A stretch of 24,000 nt of DNA from Candidatus Nanopelagicales bacterium. GTDB taxonomy: Bacteria > Actinomycetota > Actinomycetes > S36-B12. Of the stretch, positions 7,017 to 15,967 are shown one piece after another. Every line of letters starts with the position of its first letter. Within the stretch, counting starts at the first letter, position 1. The notes below the pieces were generated by a model. That model was not told the origin of the DNA, searched no databases, and saw nothing but the letters and a program-made list of their open reading frames with translations. Location: the NCBI GenBank assembly GCA_044240165.1, contig JBIIAA010000009.1:222-24221 (forward strand). Direction: 5' to 3'. The translations under genes and the position numbers were made by a program.

Positions 7017-7070
7017 AGATGCATCTTGTCGTGGAATTGAACCCCCCTTTACCAGGACAAAACGGCCGAT

Positions 7071-7097
7071 GAAAAATCCCCCCACTTTCGTGAGGGG
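7071..7097 (-). terminator. Rho-independent terminator downstream of tRNA-Leu
   Basis: Minus strand: CCCCTCAC-GAAA-GTGGGGGG (8 bp, one G-U pair) followed by ATTTTTC. It starts 3 nt after the tRNA 3' end. Confidence 0.6.
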
Positions 7098-7100
7098 ATC

Positions 7101-7186
7101 TGGTGCGCGAGAGGGGATTTGAACCCCTACACCCTTTCGGATACAGCGACCTGAACGCTGCGCGTCTGCCGTTCCGCCACTCGCGC
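7101..7186 (-). tRNA. leuT: tRNA-Leu (anticodon CAG), type II with a long variable arm, CCA encoded
   Basis: Minus strand: GCGCGAG TG GCGG AACGGCAGA CGCG CAGCG TTCAGGT CGCTG TATCCGAAAGGGTGT AGGGG TTCAAAT CCCCT CTCGCGC ACCA. The acceptor stem pairs 7/7, and the anticodon loop is TT-CAG-GT. Confidence 0.93.
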
Positions 7187-7294
7187 ATTACTTATGAGGC
7201 ATACAGAGCCTACAGGCATATATATGGAGGTACGCTCCCTTATCTCGACCGATGAATATCCCCTTGTTTACGTCCAATTCCCGCGAGGAGTCCT

Positions 7295-7774
7295 ATGTCT
7301 GAATCAATGAGAGTGTCGGTTAGCCGCGAAATCCCGGCTTCAGCCGAGGTCATCTTCTCGATGATCACCCTGCCCGATGGCCACGTGGCAATGGATGGCT
7401 CCGGATCTTTGGTTTCTGCGCCCTCAAATCATCAACTCCAGGCCATTGGCGACAAATTTTTAATGGATATGGCCCGCGAATCCCTTGGTGATATCCCGGA
7501 CTTGGGCAAATATCAGGTTGAGAACGAGGTCCATGCACTCGAAGTAAACCGGCTTCTTGAATGGACCGTTGGAATGGTTGATCGCCCCAAGATTGGCCAT
7601 TTCTATGGCATTCGGCTCACCCCAATTGATACTTCGTTGACACTGGTTGAGAACTACGTGGACTGGAGCGGGGTGCCAGAAAAGTGGCGAACTCGAGTTT
7701 CCTGGCCTGTTGTTCCAGCGAGCATGATGCAGGAATCGCTCGCTCGTTTGGAAGCAGCAATTCTTTCGGCCTGA
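7295..7774 (+). CDS. SRPBCC-family (polyketide cyclase/dehydrase-like, START-fold) protein
   Basis: 159 aa with a GAGGAG SD 5 nt upstream. The length and pattern (VSREIPASAEVIFSMI ... LEW ... TLVENYVDWSG) are typical of SRPBCC ligand-binding proteins. This is an eye-level call. Confidence 0.65.
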   Translation: MSESMRVSVSREIPASAEVIFSMITLPDGHVAMDGSGSLVSAPSNHQLQAIGDKFLMDMARESLGDIPDLGKYQVENEVHALEVNRLLEWTVGMVDRPKIGHFYGIRLTPIDTSLTLVENYVDWSGVPEKWRTRVSWPVVPASMMQESLARLEAAILSA

Positions 7775-7793
7775 ACTTCTGACCGCACATAAC

Positions 7794-7802
7794 TGTGGAT
7801 AA
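7794..7802 (-). promoter_or_regulatory. Perfect DnaA box (TTATCCACA) upstream of the fhaA operon
   Basis: The plus strand reads TGTGGATAA at 7794..7802, in the intergenic spacer 88 bp upstream of the fhaA GTG. Confidence 0.35.
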
Positions 7803-7889
7803 CCGGTGATTGCACTTTGCGCAGTCGCGAGTTTCCTCATGGAGTCGGGGTAACATGAACAGACTGCTTTCGAGATAAATGGGGTTCTT

Positions 7890-8591
7890 GTGGGTCTGCT
7901 TACTCGGTTTGAGGATTCCCTCGACCGGATGGTGAACGGAGCCTTCGCACGAGCCTTTAAGGCAGAGGTGCAGCCTGTTGAGATTGCATCTGCCCTCCAG
8001 CGCGAGCTCGACGACCGAGCCGCAATCATCGATCGCGAACGAACCATCGTTCCGAATATCTTTCATATTGAACTATCGCCTCACGATTACACCCGACTAG
8101 CCGTGTTTCGCGATGCCTTGCAAGGTGAGCTGACCAACTTGGTGAAGGGCTACGCCACCGAGCAGCGTTACACGCTTCTTGGCACAGTGCAGATCGTTAT
8201 CTCCCAAGATGATGACCTCGATACCGGGATTTTCCGGGTTCGCAGCGAGGCTCGAGCTGAAGTCGCCGCAAAAGGAACCACCGATCTTGATAGTGCTGCG
8301 GGTGCTGCAGTCATTGCCCACCAGCCGCGGCTTGAAATTGGCCGCACCGCCTACCCACTCGTTCGCGCCGTCACTCGCATCGGCCGAGGCGCTGACGTTG
8401 ACATCCGCATTGATGATCCCGGAACTTCACGCAACCACTGCGAAATATTGATGGGTTCACCCTTGATTCTTCGAGATTTGAACTCCACAAACGGCACGAT
8501 GGTCCAAGGAAAACGAATCACGGAACTACCACTGACCGAAGGAACCGCGATTCAGATCGGTTCTACAACACTCGTCTTTCGGAACAGCTAA
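7890..8591 (+). CDS. fhaA: FHA-domain protein FhaA (DUF3662 + FHA)
   Basis: 233 aa with a GTG start. The N-terminus GLLTRFEDSLDRMVNGAFARAF..VQPVEIA..L..E matches DUF3662. The C-terminal FHA domain reads TRIGRGADVDIRIDDPGTSRNHCEI ... LNSTNGTMV. It is the first gene of the conserved fhaA-pknB operon. Confidence 0.9.
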   Translation: MGLLTRFEDSLDRMVNGAFARAFKAEVQPVEIASALQRELDDRAAIIDRERTIVPNIFHIELSPHDYTRLAVFRDALQGELTNLVKGYATEQRYTLLGTVQIVISQDDDLDTGIFRVRSEARAEVAAKGTTDLDSAAGAAVIAHQPRLEIGRTAYPLVRAVTRIGRGADVDIRIDDPGTSRNHCEILMGSPLILRDLNSTNGTMVQGKRITELPLTEGTAIQIGSTTLVFRNS

Positions 8592-8594
8592 GTC

Positions 8595-9074
8595 GTGTCC
8601 GAACTCGGACTTACACTCGCCCGGTTAGCTTTCCTGGGCCTACTTTGGTTGTTCGTTCTTGCAACAGTGCTTGTGCTGCGCCGAGATCTCTTGCAGCCCG
8701 CAGAAGCACGCCCCATCGCGTTGGGTCGAACGGCGCGTCCGGCTAAAGCAGCGAAAATCCCCAAGAACAAAACATCGAAGCTCCGCGGAGCAAAATTGAT
8801 TGTCACTGAAGGCGCCCTTGCTGGCACGGTCGTGCCCCTTCTGACTGCAGACGTCACCATTGGTCGCGCCCCTGATTCAACTGTTGTTGTCGATGATGAT
8901 TACGCGTCGAGTCGGCACACGCGCGTGTTCAATACCGACGGTGTGTGGATGGTTGAGGATTTGGGTTCAACGAACGGCACGTGGATTGATCGCACCCGCA
9001 TCACGGCTCCAACTGCGCTTCCCGTTGGTGTGCCATTGCGCGTAGGTCGCACCACGTTGCTTTTGCAGAAATAG
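8595..9074 (+). CDS. fhaB: Membrane-anchored FHA-domain protein FhaB/FipA
   Basis: 159 aa with a GTG start 3 nt after the fhaA stop. It has an N-terminal TM helix (LARLAFLGLLWLFVLATVLVL) and a C-terminal FHA domain (VTIGRAPDSTVVVDDDYASSRHTRV ... LGSTNGTWI). Confidence 0.9.
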   Translation: MSELGLTLARLAFLGLLWLFVLATVLVLRRDLLQPAEARPIALGRTARPAKAAKIPKNKTSKLRGAKLIVTEGALAGTVVPLLTADVTIGRAPDSTVVVDDDYASSRHTRVFNTDGVWMVEDLGSTNGTWIDRTRITAPTALPVGVPLRVGRTTLLLQK

Positions 9075-9086
9075 ATCGGGCACCAG

Positions 9087-10361
9087 ATGCAACTGCGATA
9101 TGCCGCCCGCTCCGATGTTGGCCTTGTACGTCAAGGAAATGAAGACTCGGGCTACGCCGGACCGCGTTTGCTCGTGGTTGCTGACGGCATGGGTGGTCAC
9201 GCAGCCGGTGAACTTGCCTCAGCAACAGCTGTCGCGATGCTTGCCGACCTTGATGCCCACCCACCCGCTGAACCCGTAACTGCGCTGAACGATGTTGTCG
9301 GGCGCATTGCCGCAACCCTTGTTGCAATGGTGCAAGAAGACGAAGAAGTGCAGGGCATGGGCACCACTGTTACCGGTATCTATTGGACTGGCGATCGCCT
9401 GGCCATCGTCCACGTTGGTGATTCGCGCGCTTACTTATTACGCGACGGTGAGCTCTCACAACTCACACACGATCACACCTACGTGCAAACCTTGGTTGAC
9501 GCTGGTGAAATCTCTGAGGAAGAAGCCGCGATTCATCCTCGTCGCTCACTCTTGATGCGTGCCTTAGACGGAGTGAATCCGGTTGAAGCAGACCTCTCGG
9601 TCCGTGAAGCTCGCGCCGATGATCGATTGCTCTTATGTTCAGATGGACTTTCTGGAGTTCTCACCTCCCAAGAAATCCATGCACTGCTCTCAAATGGGGA
9701 ACCAACCGGCTGTGTAAGTCGCCTCGTTGATCTTGCCCTTGAGCGAGGGGCTCCTGACAACGTCACAGTCGTGGTCGCTGATGTAATTGACTACGAATTA
9801 GCTATCGAAGATTCACAAACCTTGCCTGTTGTCGTGGGTGCGGCTGGCGAACTTCGAGTTCGTGAACGCCTGCCCCGCGTGCAATTCCCACTCGATGCCG
9901 AACCTGACCCGGAAAATGTTTTACTCGCTACAGCCCGTGCGGTCGCTGTGACACCAGAAAGTGCTCTTGAAGTTCGGACCCGCGAAGTGCGTCGACGCAG
10001 ATACGTCCGTACCGGTGTGGTGTTGGGGCTCATCGCACTGTTGCTGATCATTGGCGGTGTCGTTGGTCGGATGTGGATTAGCACTCAGTGGTATGTCAGT
10101 GTTCTTGGTAATCCAGGCACCGGAACAGTTGCGGTGTACAACGGGGTCCCAGGTTCACTACTCGGCATTTCACTCACCTCAGTTTCAACCGATAGCCGCG
10201 TGCCCGTTGGAAACTTGCCACTGTTCGATCAAGAACTTGTCAGCAAAGGAATTCCTGCTGCAAGTGCACTTGACGCTCAGCGAATCATCAATGAGTTAAC
10301 CCAGCGGGCGGCTGAATGCCAAACCGCACCAACTGCAGGTTGCCCGGGGGCTAAGAGCTAA
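9087..10361 (+). CDS. pstP: PP2C-family Ser/Thr phosphatase PstP with a C-terminal TM and extracytoplasmic domain
   Basis: 424 aa. PP2C motifs are present: RSDVGLVRQGNEDS, VADGMGGHAAGE, LLCSDGL and GAPDNVTVVV. The TM helix is GVVLGLIALLLIIGGVV. Confidence 0.93.
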   Translation: MQLRYAARSDVGLVRQGNEDSGYAGPRLLVVADGMGGHAAGELASATAVAMLADLDAHPPAEPVTALNDVVGRIAATLVAMVQEDEEVQGMGTTVTGIYWTGDRLAIVHVGDSRAYLLRDGELSQLTHDHTYVQTLVDAGEISEEEAAIHPRRSLLMRALDGVNPVEADLSVREARADDRLLLCSDGLSGVLTSQEIHALLSNGEPTGCVSRLVDLALERGAPDNVTVVVADVIDYELAIEDSQTLPVVVGAAGELRVRERLPRVQFPLDAEPDPENVLLATARAVAVTPESALEVRTREVRRRRYVRTGVVLGLIALLLIIGGVVGRMWISTQWYVSVLGNPGTGTVAVYNGVPGSLLGISLTSVSTDSRVPVGNLPLFDQELVSKGIPAASALDAQRIINELTQRAAECQTAPTAGCPGAKS

Positions 10362-11755
10362 TGGCCTTCACTTCGGTACCCACACGTCAGCCCAACCGTC
10401 GCAACACAGAGTTAATGCTGGTTATTGCTGCCTGGGTGTTGGGAGTGGCTGGCACGATGCAGATTGCATGGGCTACCGGCGAAGGCATGACACCACGACT
10501 GTGGATCACCGTGGTGATTGTTGGCATTCTGGCTGGTGCAATGCATGTTGCCGTTCGATTAAAAGCTGAATACGCCGATCCCTTGTTCTTGCCACTCGCA
10601 ACCTTGCTCACCATCTTGGGCTTGGTCATGATCTACCGCATTGATGTAGCCACTGCCTTGCGTGCAGCCCGTAACGACGCGCCTGTTCCTACCCCAGACG
10701 TATACGCGCAACTCACTTGGTTCACCGTTGCAGTGGTGTTGTTCATCGCCGTTTTAGTGCTAGTTCATGACCATCGGCGTCTACAGCGTTTCACTTACAC
10801 CTTTGGCCTCATTGGTCTTCTTGGCTTGCTGCTGCCGTTACTTCCGCTGATCGGCAATACCGTCAACGGCGCAACACTTTGGATACGAGTCTTCGGCTTG
10901 TCTTTTCAACCTGCCGAAGCTTCGAAGATTTTCCTCACGATCTTTTTCGCTGGCTATCTCGTGATGAAGCGTGACTCACTTGCCCTCGTGCGTACCAAAG
11001 TCTTGGGTGTTGGCTTTCCCCGACCAAAAGATGCAGGCCCACTGGTTGTTGCGTGGATTATTTCCCTAGGCGTACTGATTTTTCAGCGTGACCTAGGCAC
11101 CTCACTTTTGTTCTTCGGACTGTTCGTCTTGATGCTCTACATCGCAACGCAACGTCGTTCCTGGCTCATCATTGGCGCATCGCTCTTTTCTGTCGGCGCG
11201 ATCCTGGCCTACTTTGCCTTTGGACACGTCCGCCTGCGCGTAGATATTTGGTGGGACCCGTGGGGCGACGCGAACAACACCGGATACCAGCTCGTGCAAT
11301 CCCTTTACGGCTTTGCTAGCGGTGGATTATTCGGCAGCGGTCTCGGTCAAGGCTTCCCTGAATTTGTACCTTTCGCCAATACCGACTTCATTGTTGCAGC
11401 CATTGGTGAAGAGCTCGGACTCGTCGGCATGTGCGCTCTGCTGCTGTTCTTTGGCGTTTTGATTGAGCGCGGACTTCGCACAGCAATCGCTGTCCGAGAT
11501 TCCTTCGGGCAATTACTGGCTGTCGGACTTTCCATCGTTTTGGCACTTCAACTCTTTGTGATTGTTGGCGGCGTAACCCGCTTGATTCCACTTACTGGAC
11601 TCACCACACCATTTCTTTCTTACGGCGGTTCCTCCCTCGTTGCTAACTGGGTGATCATCGCGCTCTTGATTCGCATCTCTGACCGAGCACGTCGCCCTGA
11701 TGTCTTTGTGCCGTCAGTTGATGAAGCATTCACGCAGGTGGTGCGACGCGTATGA
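10361..11755 (+). CDS. rodA: SEDS-family peptidoglycan polymerase (FtsW/RodA)
   Basis: 464 aa, polytopic membrane protein. SEDS motifs include QPAEASKI, TDFIVAAIGEELGLVG and PLTGLTTPFLSYGGSS. Its start overlaps the pstP stop (TAATG). Confidence 0.93.
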   Translation: MAFTSVPTRQPNRRNTELMLVIAAWVLGVAGTMQIAWATGEGMTPRLWITVVIVGILAGAMHVAVRLKAEYADPLFLPLATLLTILGLVMIYRIDVATALRAARNDAPVPTPDVYAQLTWFTVAVVLFIAVLVLVHDHRRLQRFTYTFGLIGLLGLLLPLLPLIGNTVNGATLWIRVFGLSFQPAEASKIFLTIFFAGYLVMKRDSLALVRTKVLGVGFPRPKDAGPLVVAWIISLGVLIFQRDLGTSLLFFGLFVLMLYIATQRRSWLIIGASLFSVGAILAYFAFGHVRLRVDIWWDPWGDANNTGYQLVQSLYGFASGGLFGSGLGQGFPEFVPFANTDFIVAAIGEELGLVGMCALLLFFGVLIERGLRTAIAVRDSFGQLLAVGLSIVLALQLFVIVGGVTRLIPLTGLTTPFLSYGGSSLVANWVIIALLIRISDRARRPDVFVPSVDEAFTQVVRRV

Positions 11756-13200
11756 ACCGTCCCATTCGTCGCGTAGGTGCCGTGCTGGCGGTGTTACTCC
11801 TAGCAATGATCGCCAACGTCACGTTTATTCAAGTCTTTCAGGCAGCTGACTATCGAGAGCGCCCCGGAAATCAAAGGCAGTTACTTGCCCAATACGACCG
11901 TGAGCGGGGACCCATCGTCGCCGCAACTGACGCCGTAGCGCGATCCATCGAAACGGGCGATTCACTTCGTTATCAACGCGTGTATTCCAATGGGCCGGTG
12001 TACGCGCCCATCACCGGCTTTGATTCGCTTGTCTATGGAACAACAGGATTAGAGCGCACTGAAAACAAGATCCTAAATGGAAGTTCCGACCTACTCTTTG
12101 TAGATCGCACCAAGCAACTCTTTGCTGGTCGTCAAGTTCAAGGTGGCTCAGTTGTCACCACGATTAATCCCGATGCTCAGTTGGCTGCCTTCCAAGGTTT
12201 AGGAACCAAAGTCGGATCAGTGGTTGCAATCGAACCTTCAACCGGAAAGATTCTTGCCTCTGCGCAATCACCTTCCTTTGATCCCAATCTTCTATCCAGC
12301 CACGAACCGGCGAATATCCGCACCTACTACGAATCGCTCACTGCTAATCCAGACAAGCCGTTACTCAATCGCCCGATCGTTGCACTTAATCCACCGGGTT
12401 CAACTTTTAAATTGGTGGTCACAGCGGCGGCACTAGCGTCGGGTAGGTTCACAGCTGAATCACTTCTTCCTGGACCGCGAACCTATAGATTGCCCAACAC
12501 AACAACGTTCCTCAACAACTGGAACCGCCAAGCTTGTAGTCCTTCAGGCATGATCAGCCTGCGCGGTGCCCTTGCGTTGTCGTGCAACACCGCCTTTGCT
12601 TGGTTAGGCAATGAACTTGGTGCCGAAGCCTTACGTAAGCAAGCTCAACTCATGGGCTTTGACACACGATTTGAATTGCCCCTTCGGGCTGCGCGTTCAA
12701 CCTTCCCCGTTGATCCTGATGCACCGCAAACATCTTTGAGCGCAATTGGTCAATATGAGGTTCGTGCCACCGCCCTGCAAATGGCGATGGTTGGTGCCGC
12801 AATCGGAAATAAGGGCGTGCTGATGAACCCATTTATGGTTCAAGAAATTCGCGGGCCTGACCTTTCTATTCTGCGCACCACTCAGCCTTCAATTTTTAAC
12901 CAAGCAATGACGGTCACGAATGCCGCGATTGAAACCGAAATGATGGTCAACGTCGTCAACAATGGCACGGGGTCAAACGCTCGAATCTCGGGAATTTCTG
13001 TGGCAGGCAAGACCGGCACCGCCCAAACGGGCAATGCGCGGCCTTCTGTTGCGTGGTTCGTCGCATTTGCACCGGCAAATAATCCAAAGGTTGCCGTTGC
13101 GGTGTGTATCGAGCAAGCCGGACTCGCGGAAATTAGCGGAAACGGCTTGGCAGCACCGATCGCAAAGAAGGTCATACAGGCTGTTCTCAAACTATCGTGA
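11752..13200 (+). CDS. pbpA: Class B penicillin-binding protein (transpeptidase) PbpA
   Basis: 482 aa. It has an N-terminal anchor and the SxxK (PGSTFKL), SxN (LSCNTAF) and KTG (AGKTGTA) motifs. An ATGA overlap with rodA suggests translational coupling. Confidence 0.93.
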   Translation: MNRPIRRVGAVLAVLLLAMIANVTFIQVFQAADYRERPGNQRQLLAQYDRERGPIVAATDAVARSIETGDSLRYQRVYSNGPVYAPITGFDSLVYGTTGLERTENKILNGSSDLLFVDRTKQLFAGRQVQGGSVVTTINPDAQLAAFQGLGTKVGSVVAIEPSTGKILASAQSPSFDPNLLSSHEPANIRTYYESLTANPDKPLLNRPIVALNPPGSTFKLVVTAAALASGRFTAESLLPGPRTYRLPNTTTFLNNWNRQACSPSGMISLRGALALSCNTAFAWLGNELGAEALRKQAQLMGFDTRFELPLRAARSTFPVDPDAPQTSLSAIGQYEVRATALQMAMVGAAIGNKGVLMNPFMVQEIRGPDLSILRTTQPSIFNQAMTVTNAAIETEMMVNVVNNGTGSNARISGISVAGKTGTAQTGNARPSVAWFVAFAPANNPKVAVAVCIEQAGLAEISGNGLAAPIAKKVIQAVLKLS

Positions 13201-13242
13201 GACCACCTGCGACAATACGAGTCCTAACGTGATGGAGGGTAA

Positions 13243-14946
13243 GTGAGCAACGTACGCATGCTCGGTGATCGCTATGAAATTGGCGAGGTCATTGGGCGTG
13301 GAGGCATGGCTGAAGTCCATGAGTCACGGGACATTCGCCTTGGCCGCCGTGTTGCCATCAAAATCTTGCGTCCAGATTTAGCTCGTGACCCAGATTTTCA
13401 GGTTCGTTTTCGTCGCGAGGCACAGTCAGCCGCAGCGCTCAATCATCCAAATATCGTCGCGGTATATGACACCGGTGAAGATCGCCTTGATGTTGAAGAG
13501 GGCCAAACGCAAATTGTCGTTCCCTACATCGTGATGGAATTTGTTGATGGCATGACCCTGCGTCAACTCTTAGCATCGGGACGACGTTTACTTCCAGAAC
13601 GTGCACTTGAAATTGCTGCAGGCGTACTTTCGGGTCTGGACTACGCACATCGCCACGGGATCGTGCATCGCGATATCAAACCAGGCAACGTGATGTTGAC
13701 GCGTTCCGGTGATGTCAAAGTCATGGACTTTGGTATTGCACGGGCAATCAATGAATTGAACACTTCGATCACTGCGACATCGGCAGTCATGGGGACTGCT
13801 CAATACCTTTCACCAGAGCAGGCACGTGGCGAGATTGTTGACGCTCGCAGCGATCTTTACAGCACTGGTGTGTTGTTGTACGAACTCCTCACAGGTCGGC
13901 CACCATTCACTGGCGAATCAGCTGTGTCTGTCGCCTACCAACATGTGTCAGAAATGCCGACTCCGCCATCGCAAATTGATGATGGTGTCTCCCCTGAAAT
14001 TGACCTCATTGTTTTAGCTGCCTTGGCAAAACGAACCGACGAGCGTTACCAAACTGCAAGCGAATTTCGTTCTGATGTTGAGCGAATGATCCAAGGTGGT
14101 CCGATGACCACGGCAGTGCCCATCGTGATGGCCAATGACTACACCCAAATGCTTTCACCCGTTGAAGCCTCGGGCACAGCTGCTTACGCTCGGGCGCTGC
14201 AGCCACAAAAGCGTCGTCGTGGAGTTGGTTTCTGGTCTATCGCCGGTGCGATTGTGCTCGGAATCGTTGCCGCCGTATTGTTTGCCGGCCAATTCATTCT
14301 TGGCGGAGCAAGCGCTCGAGTTACGGTGCCAAACCTTGAAGGTCTAACGATCCAGAGTGCCCAACAACTGTTGGTAGCTAACAACTTAATTCTGGGTGGG
14401 CAAACAGCTGAAGTGTCCGACCGTCCTGAGGGTCGAGTCATTGCGCAACAGCCAGCAAGTGGCGAGACCATCGAAGAGGGTCAAGCCGTCAACGTCTCGG
14501 TGAGCAGCGGAAAAGAGAAAGCGACCGTCCCGCAACTCGTTGGTTTGTCTTCTGTTAATGACGCGCGTACGGCGCTGTCCGATGCCAATCTTCAAATCGG
14601 ACCGATCACGGAACAAGATTCACAGCAACCTGCCGGCTATGTACTTTCACAATCTCCGCTTGAGAGTATTCAAGTCGATGCAGGTAGCACCGTTGCGATC
14701 ACGATTGCTTCTGGCACACGGACAGTGCCTCAGGTCATTGGCAACTCCGAAGCTCAGGCCAGAAGTAATATCGTTCAAGCCGGCTTTGATCCACAAGTGA
14801 TTTACCAAGATATTGGTACAGATATTGCAGCTGGCACTGTGCTTGCGCAATCACCTCAAGGTGGGGCCAAACTCGATCGTGGATCAGTAGTCACGATCAC
14901 TATTGGTCGATTGGCGGCTACTACTCCTGCTCCAGCAGTTCCGTAA
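13243..14946 (+). CDS. pknB: Ser/Thr protein kinase PknB with three extracellular PASTA domains
   Basis: 567 aa with a GTG start after GGAGGG. Hanks kinase motifs are present: GRGGMAEV, VAIK, HRDIKPGN, DFG and SPEQ. It has one TM helix (FWSIAGAIVLGIVAAVLFAG) and then 3 PASTA-like repeats (VPNLEG.., VPQLVG.., VPQVIG..). Confidence 0.95.
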   Translation: MSNVRMLGDRYEIGEVIGRGGMAEVHESRDIRLGRRVAIKILRPDLARDPDFQVRFRREAQSAAALNHPNIVAVYDTGEDRLDVEEGQTQIVVPYIVMEFVDGMTLRQLLASGRRLLPERALEIAAGVLSGLDYAHRHGIVHRDIKPGNVMLTRSGDVKVMDFGIARAINELNTSITATSAVMGTAQYLSPEQARGEIVDARSDLYSTGVLLYELLTGRPPFTGESAVSVAYQHVSEMPTPPSQIDDGVSPEIDLIVLAALAKRTDERYQTASEFRSDVERMIQGGPMTTAVPIVMANDYTQMLSPVEASGTAAYARALQPQKRRRGVGFWSIAGAIVLGIVAAVLFAGQFILGGASARVTVPNLEGLTIQSAQQLLVANNLILGGQTAEVSDRPEGRVIAQQPASGETIEEGQAVNVSVSSGKEKATVPQLVGLSSVNDARTALSDANLQIGPITEQDSQQPAGYVLSQSPLESIQVDAGSTVAITIASGTRTVPQVIGNSEAQARSNIVQAGFDPQVIYQDIGTDIAAGTVLAQSPQGGAKLDRGSVVTITIGRLAATTPAPAVP

Positions 14947-14966
14947 TCTCATTGCGGAACCGTGTG

Positions 14967-14993
14967 TAACTGCGGAAAGTTGCGCAGTTATTT
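14967..14993. terminator. Possible bidirectional stem-loop between convergent pknB and trpG
   Basis: TAACTGCG (14967..14974), an 8-nt loop, CGCAGTTA (14983..14990), then TTT on the plus strand. There is no U-tract on the minus side. It overlaps the trpG stop codon. Weak evidence. Confidence 0.35.
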
Positions 14994-15612
14994 AGTGATG
15001 CACGACCGGAGCTAGACCTTCACTTTTCTTCAAGGCTTCTTTATCGCCGCACTCGGTGAGCCAGTTCGCCAACATGCGGTGGCCGCCTTCGGTGAGCACC
15101 GATTCAGGGTGGAACTGCACACCTTCAATAGCCATAGTGCGATGACGAATACCCATGATGACTCCGGTGTCAGTTTCACCTGTTACGAAAAGTACATCGG
15201 GCATCGTCTGAGGTTCAACAGCAAGTGAGTGATAGCGAGTTGCAGTGAAAGGTTCTGGGAGTCCAGCCATCACGCCAACCTCGCGGTGATGCACCAGCGA
15301 GACCTTGCCGTGAACAAGTTCAGGTGCTCGATCTACGGTGGCCCCAAAAGCTGCAGCAATCGCCTGGTGGCCTAGGCAGACTCCAAAGATCGGCACTTTG
15401 CCGCCACATTCACGAACGATGTCCATACAGACACCAGCATCTTGGGGCGTTCCTGGTCCGGGCGACAGCAAAATGCCATCAAAATCCAGCGCTTGGTCGG
15501 GCGTGACCTCGTCATTTCGCTTCACCGTGACCTCGGCGCCAAGCTGGGCGAGGTATTGAACGAGGTTAAACACAAAAGAGTCGTAGTTGTCCACAACCAA
15601 GATTCGCGTCAC
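14992..15612 (-). CDS. trpG: Glutamine amidotransferase component II of anthranilate / aminodeoxychorismate synthase
   Basis: 206 aa with a GTG start. ILVVDNYDSFVFNLVQYL, the active-site GVCLGHQ and the C-terminal GVQFHPES are diagnostic of TrpG/PabA. Its syntenic position matches Rv0013 in M. tuberculosis. Confidence 0.9.
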   Translation of the reverse strand: MTRILVVDNYDSFVFNLVQYLAQLGAEVTVKRNDEVTPDQALDFDGILLSPGPGTPQDAGVCMDIVRECGGKVPIFGVCLGHQAIAAAFGATVDRAPELVHGKVSLVHHREVGVMAGLPEPFTATRYHSLAVEPQTMPDVLFVTGETDTGVIMGIRHRTMAIEGVQFHPESVLTEGGHRMLANWLTECGDKEALKKSEGLAPVVHH

Positions 15613-15679
15613 AAGGGGTATCTTCTCAGGAGGAAGGTGTCAGTACCAATGCCGCCTCAACTACTGAAAGGTGTGTGCC

Positions 15680-15946
15680 GTGCCGGTGTCCAAGAAACGT
15701 AAGAAGGACGATGGCTTTCAGGCGCCACCAGCCATGGGTGAGCACAAGATTGCCCGTCTTGGTTCCCCACGCTGGCTAGCCCCCGTCATGGTGGCCTGCT
15801 TTGTGGTCGGCTTGCTCTACATCGTGGTCTTTTACATCGCTGGGCAGCAGGTTCCAGTGATGAAAGATCTGGCAAACATCGTGAACGTCGGTATTGGCTT
15901 CGGCTTCATCATCGTGGGGTTCTTCCTCTCCACGAAGTGGCAGTAA
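15680..15946 (+). CDS. crgA: Cell division membrane protein CrgA
   Basis: The N-terminus VPVSKKRKK parallels the canonical CrgA MPKSKVRKK. There are two TM helices (PRWLAPVMVACFVVGLLYIVVF; VNVGIGFGFIIVGFFLST) and a terminal KWQ. I prefer the GTG at 15680 (GAAAGG about 8 nt upstream) over the track start at 15671. Confidence 0.85.
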   Translation: MPVSKKRKKDDGFQAPPAMGEHKIARLGSPRWLAPVMVACFVVGLLYIVVFYIAGQQVPVMKDLANIVNVGIGFGFIIVGFFLSTKWQ

Positions 15947-15967
15947 TCCGACTTACACGGCTGTAAT

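Noticed and set aside
7033-7047. GGAATTGAACCCCCC, resembling the T-arm of the adjacent tRNA-Leu (GGATTTGAACCCCT): a possible att remnant or island border
   Set aside because: The match is only ~14 nt, it lies 55 bp from the tRNA rather than at a distal island end, and it lacks the acceptor-stem portion. No integrase, recombinase or longer direct repeat occurs anywhere in 1..7100. The left 7 kb looks like ordinary variable chromosome, not a tRNA-integrated element.
6790-7188. 132-aa minus-strand ORF and the 23-codon N-terminal extension of the sulfatase ORF (7017..7085)
   Set aside because: Both run through the tRNA-Leu gene and/or its terminator. The Tat signal begins cleanly at the ATG at 7016.
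7460-8066. Two long minus-strand ORFs (195 aa and 149 aa) spanning the SRPBCC 3' end, the spacer and the fhaA 5' end
   Set aside because: They overlap two well-supported plus-strand genes and an intergenic region. Their Ser/Arg-rich translations look like antisense artefacts.
15587-15595. Perfect actinobacterial-type DnaA box TTGTCCACA
   Set aside because: It lies inside trpG, where it encodes the highly conserved VVDN of the VVDNYDSF motif. Coding constraint is therefore a sufficient explanation, and I did not count it as a regulatory site.
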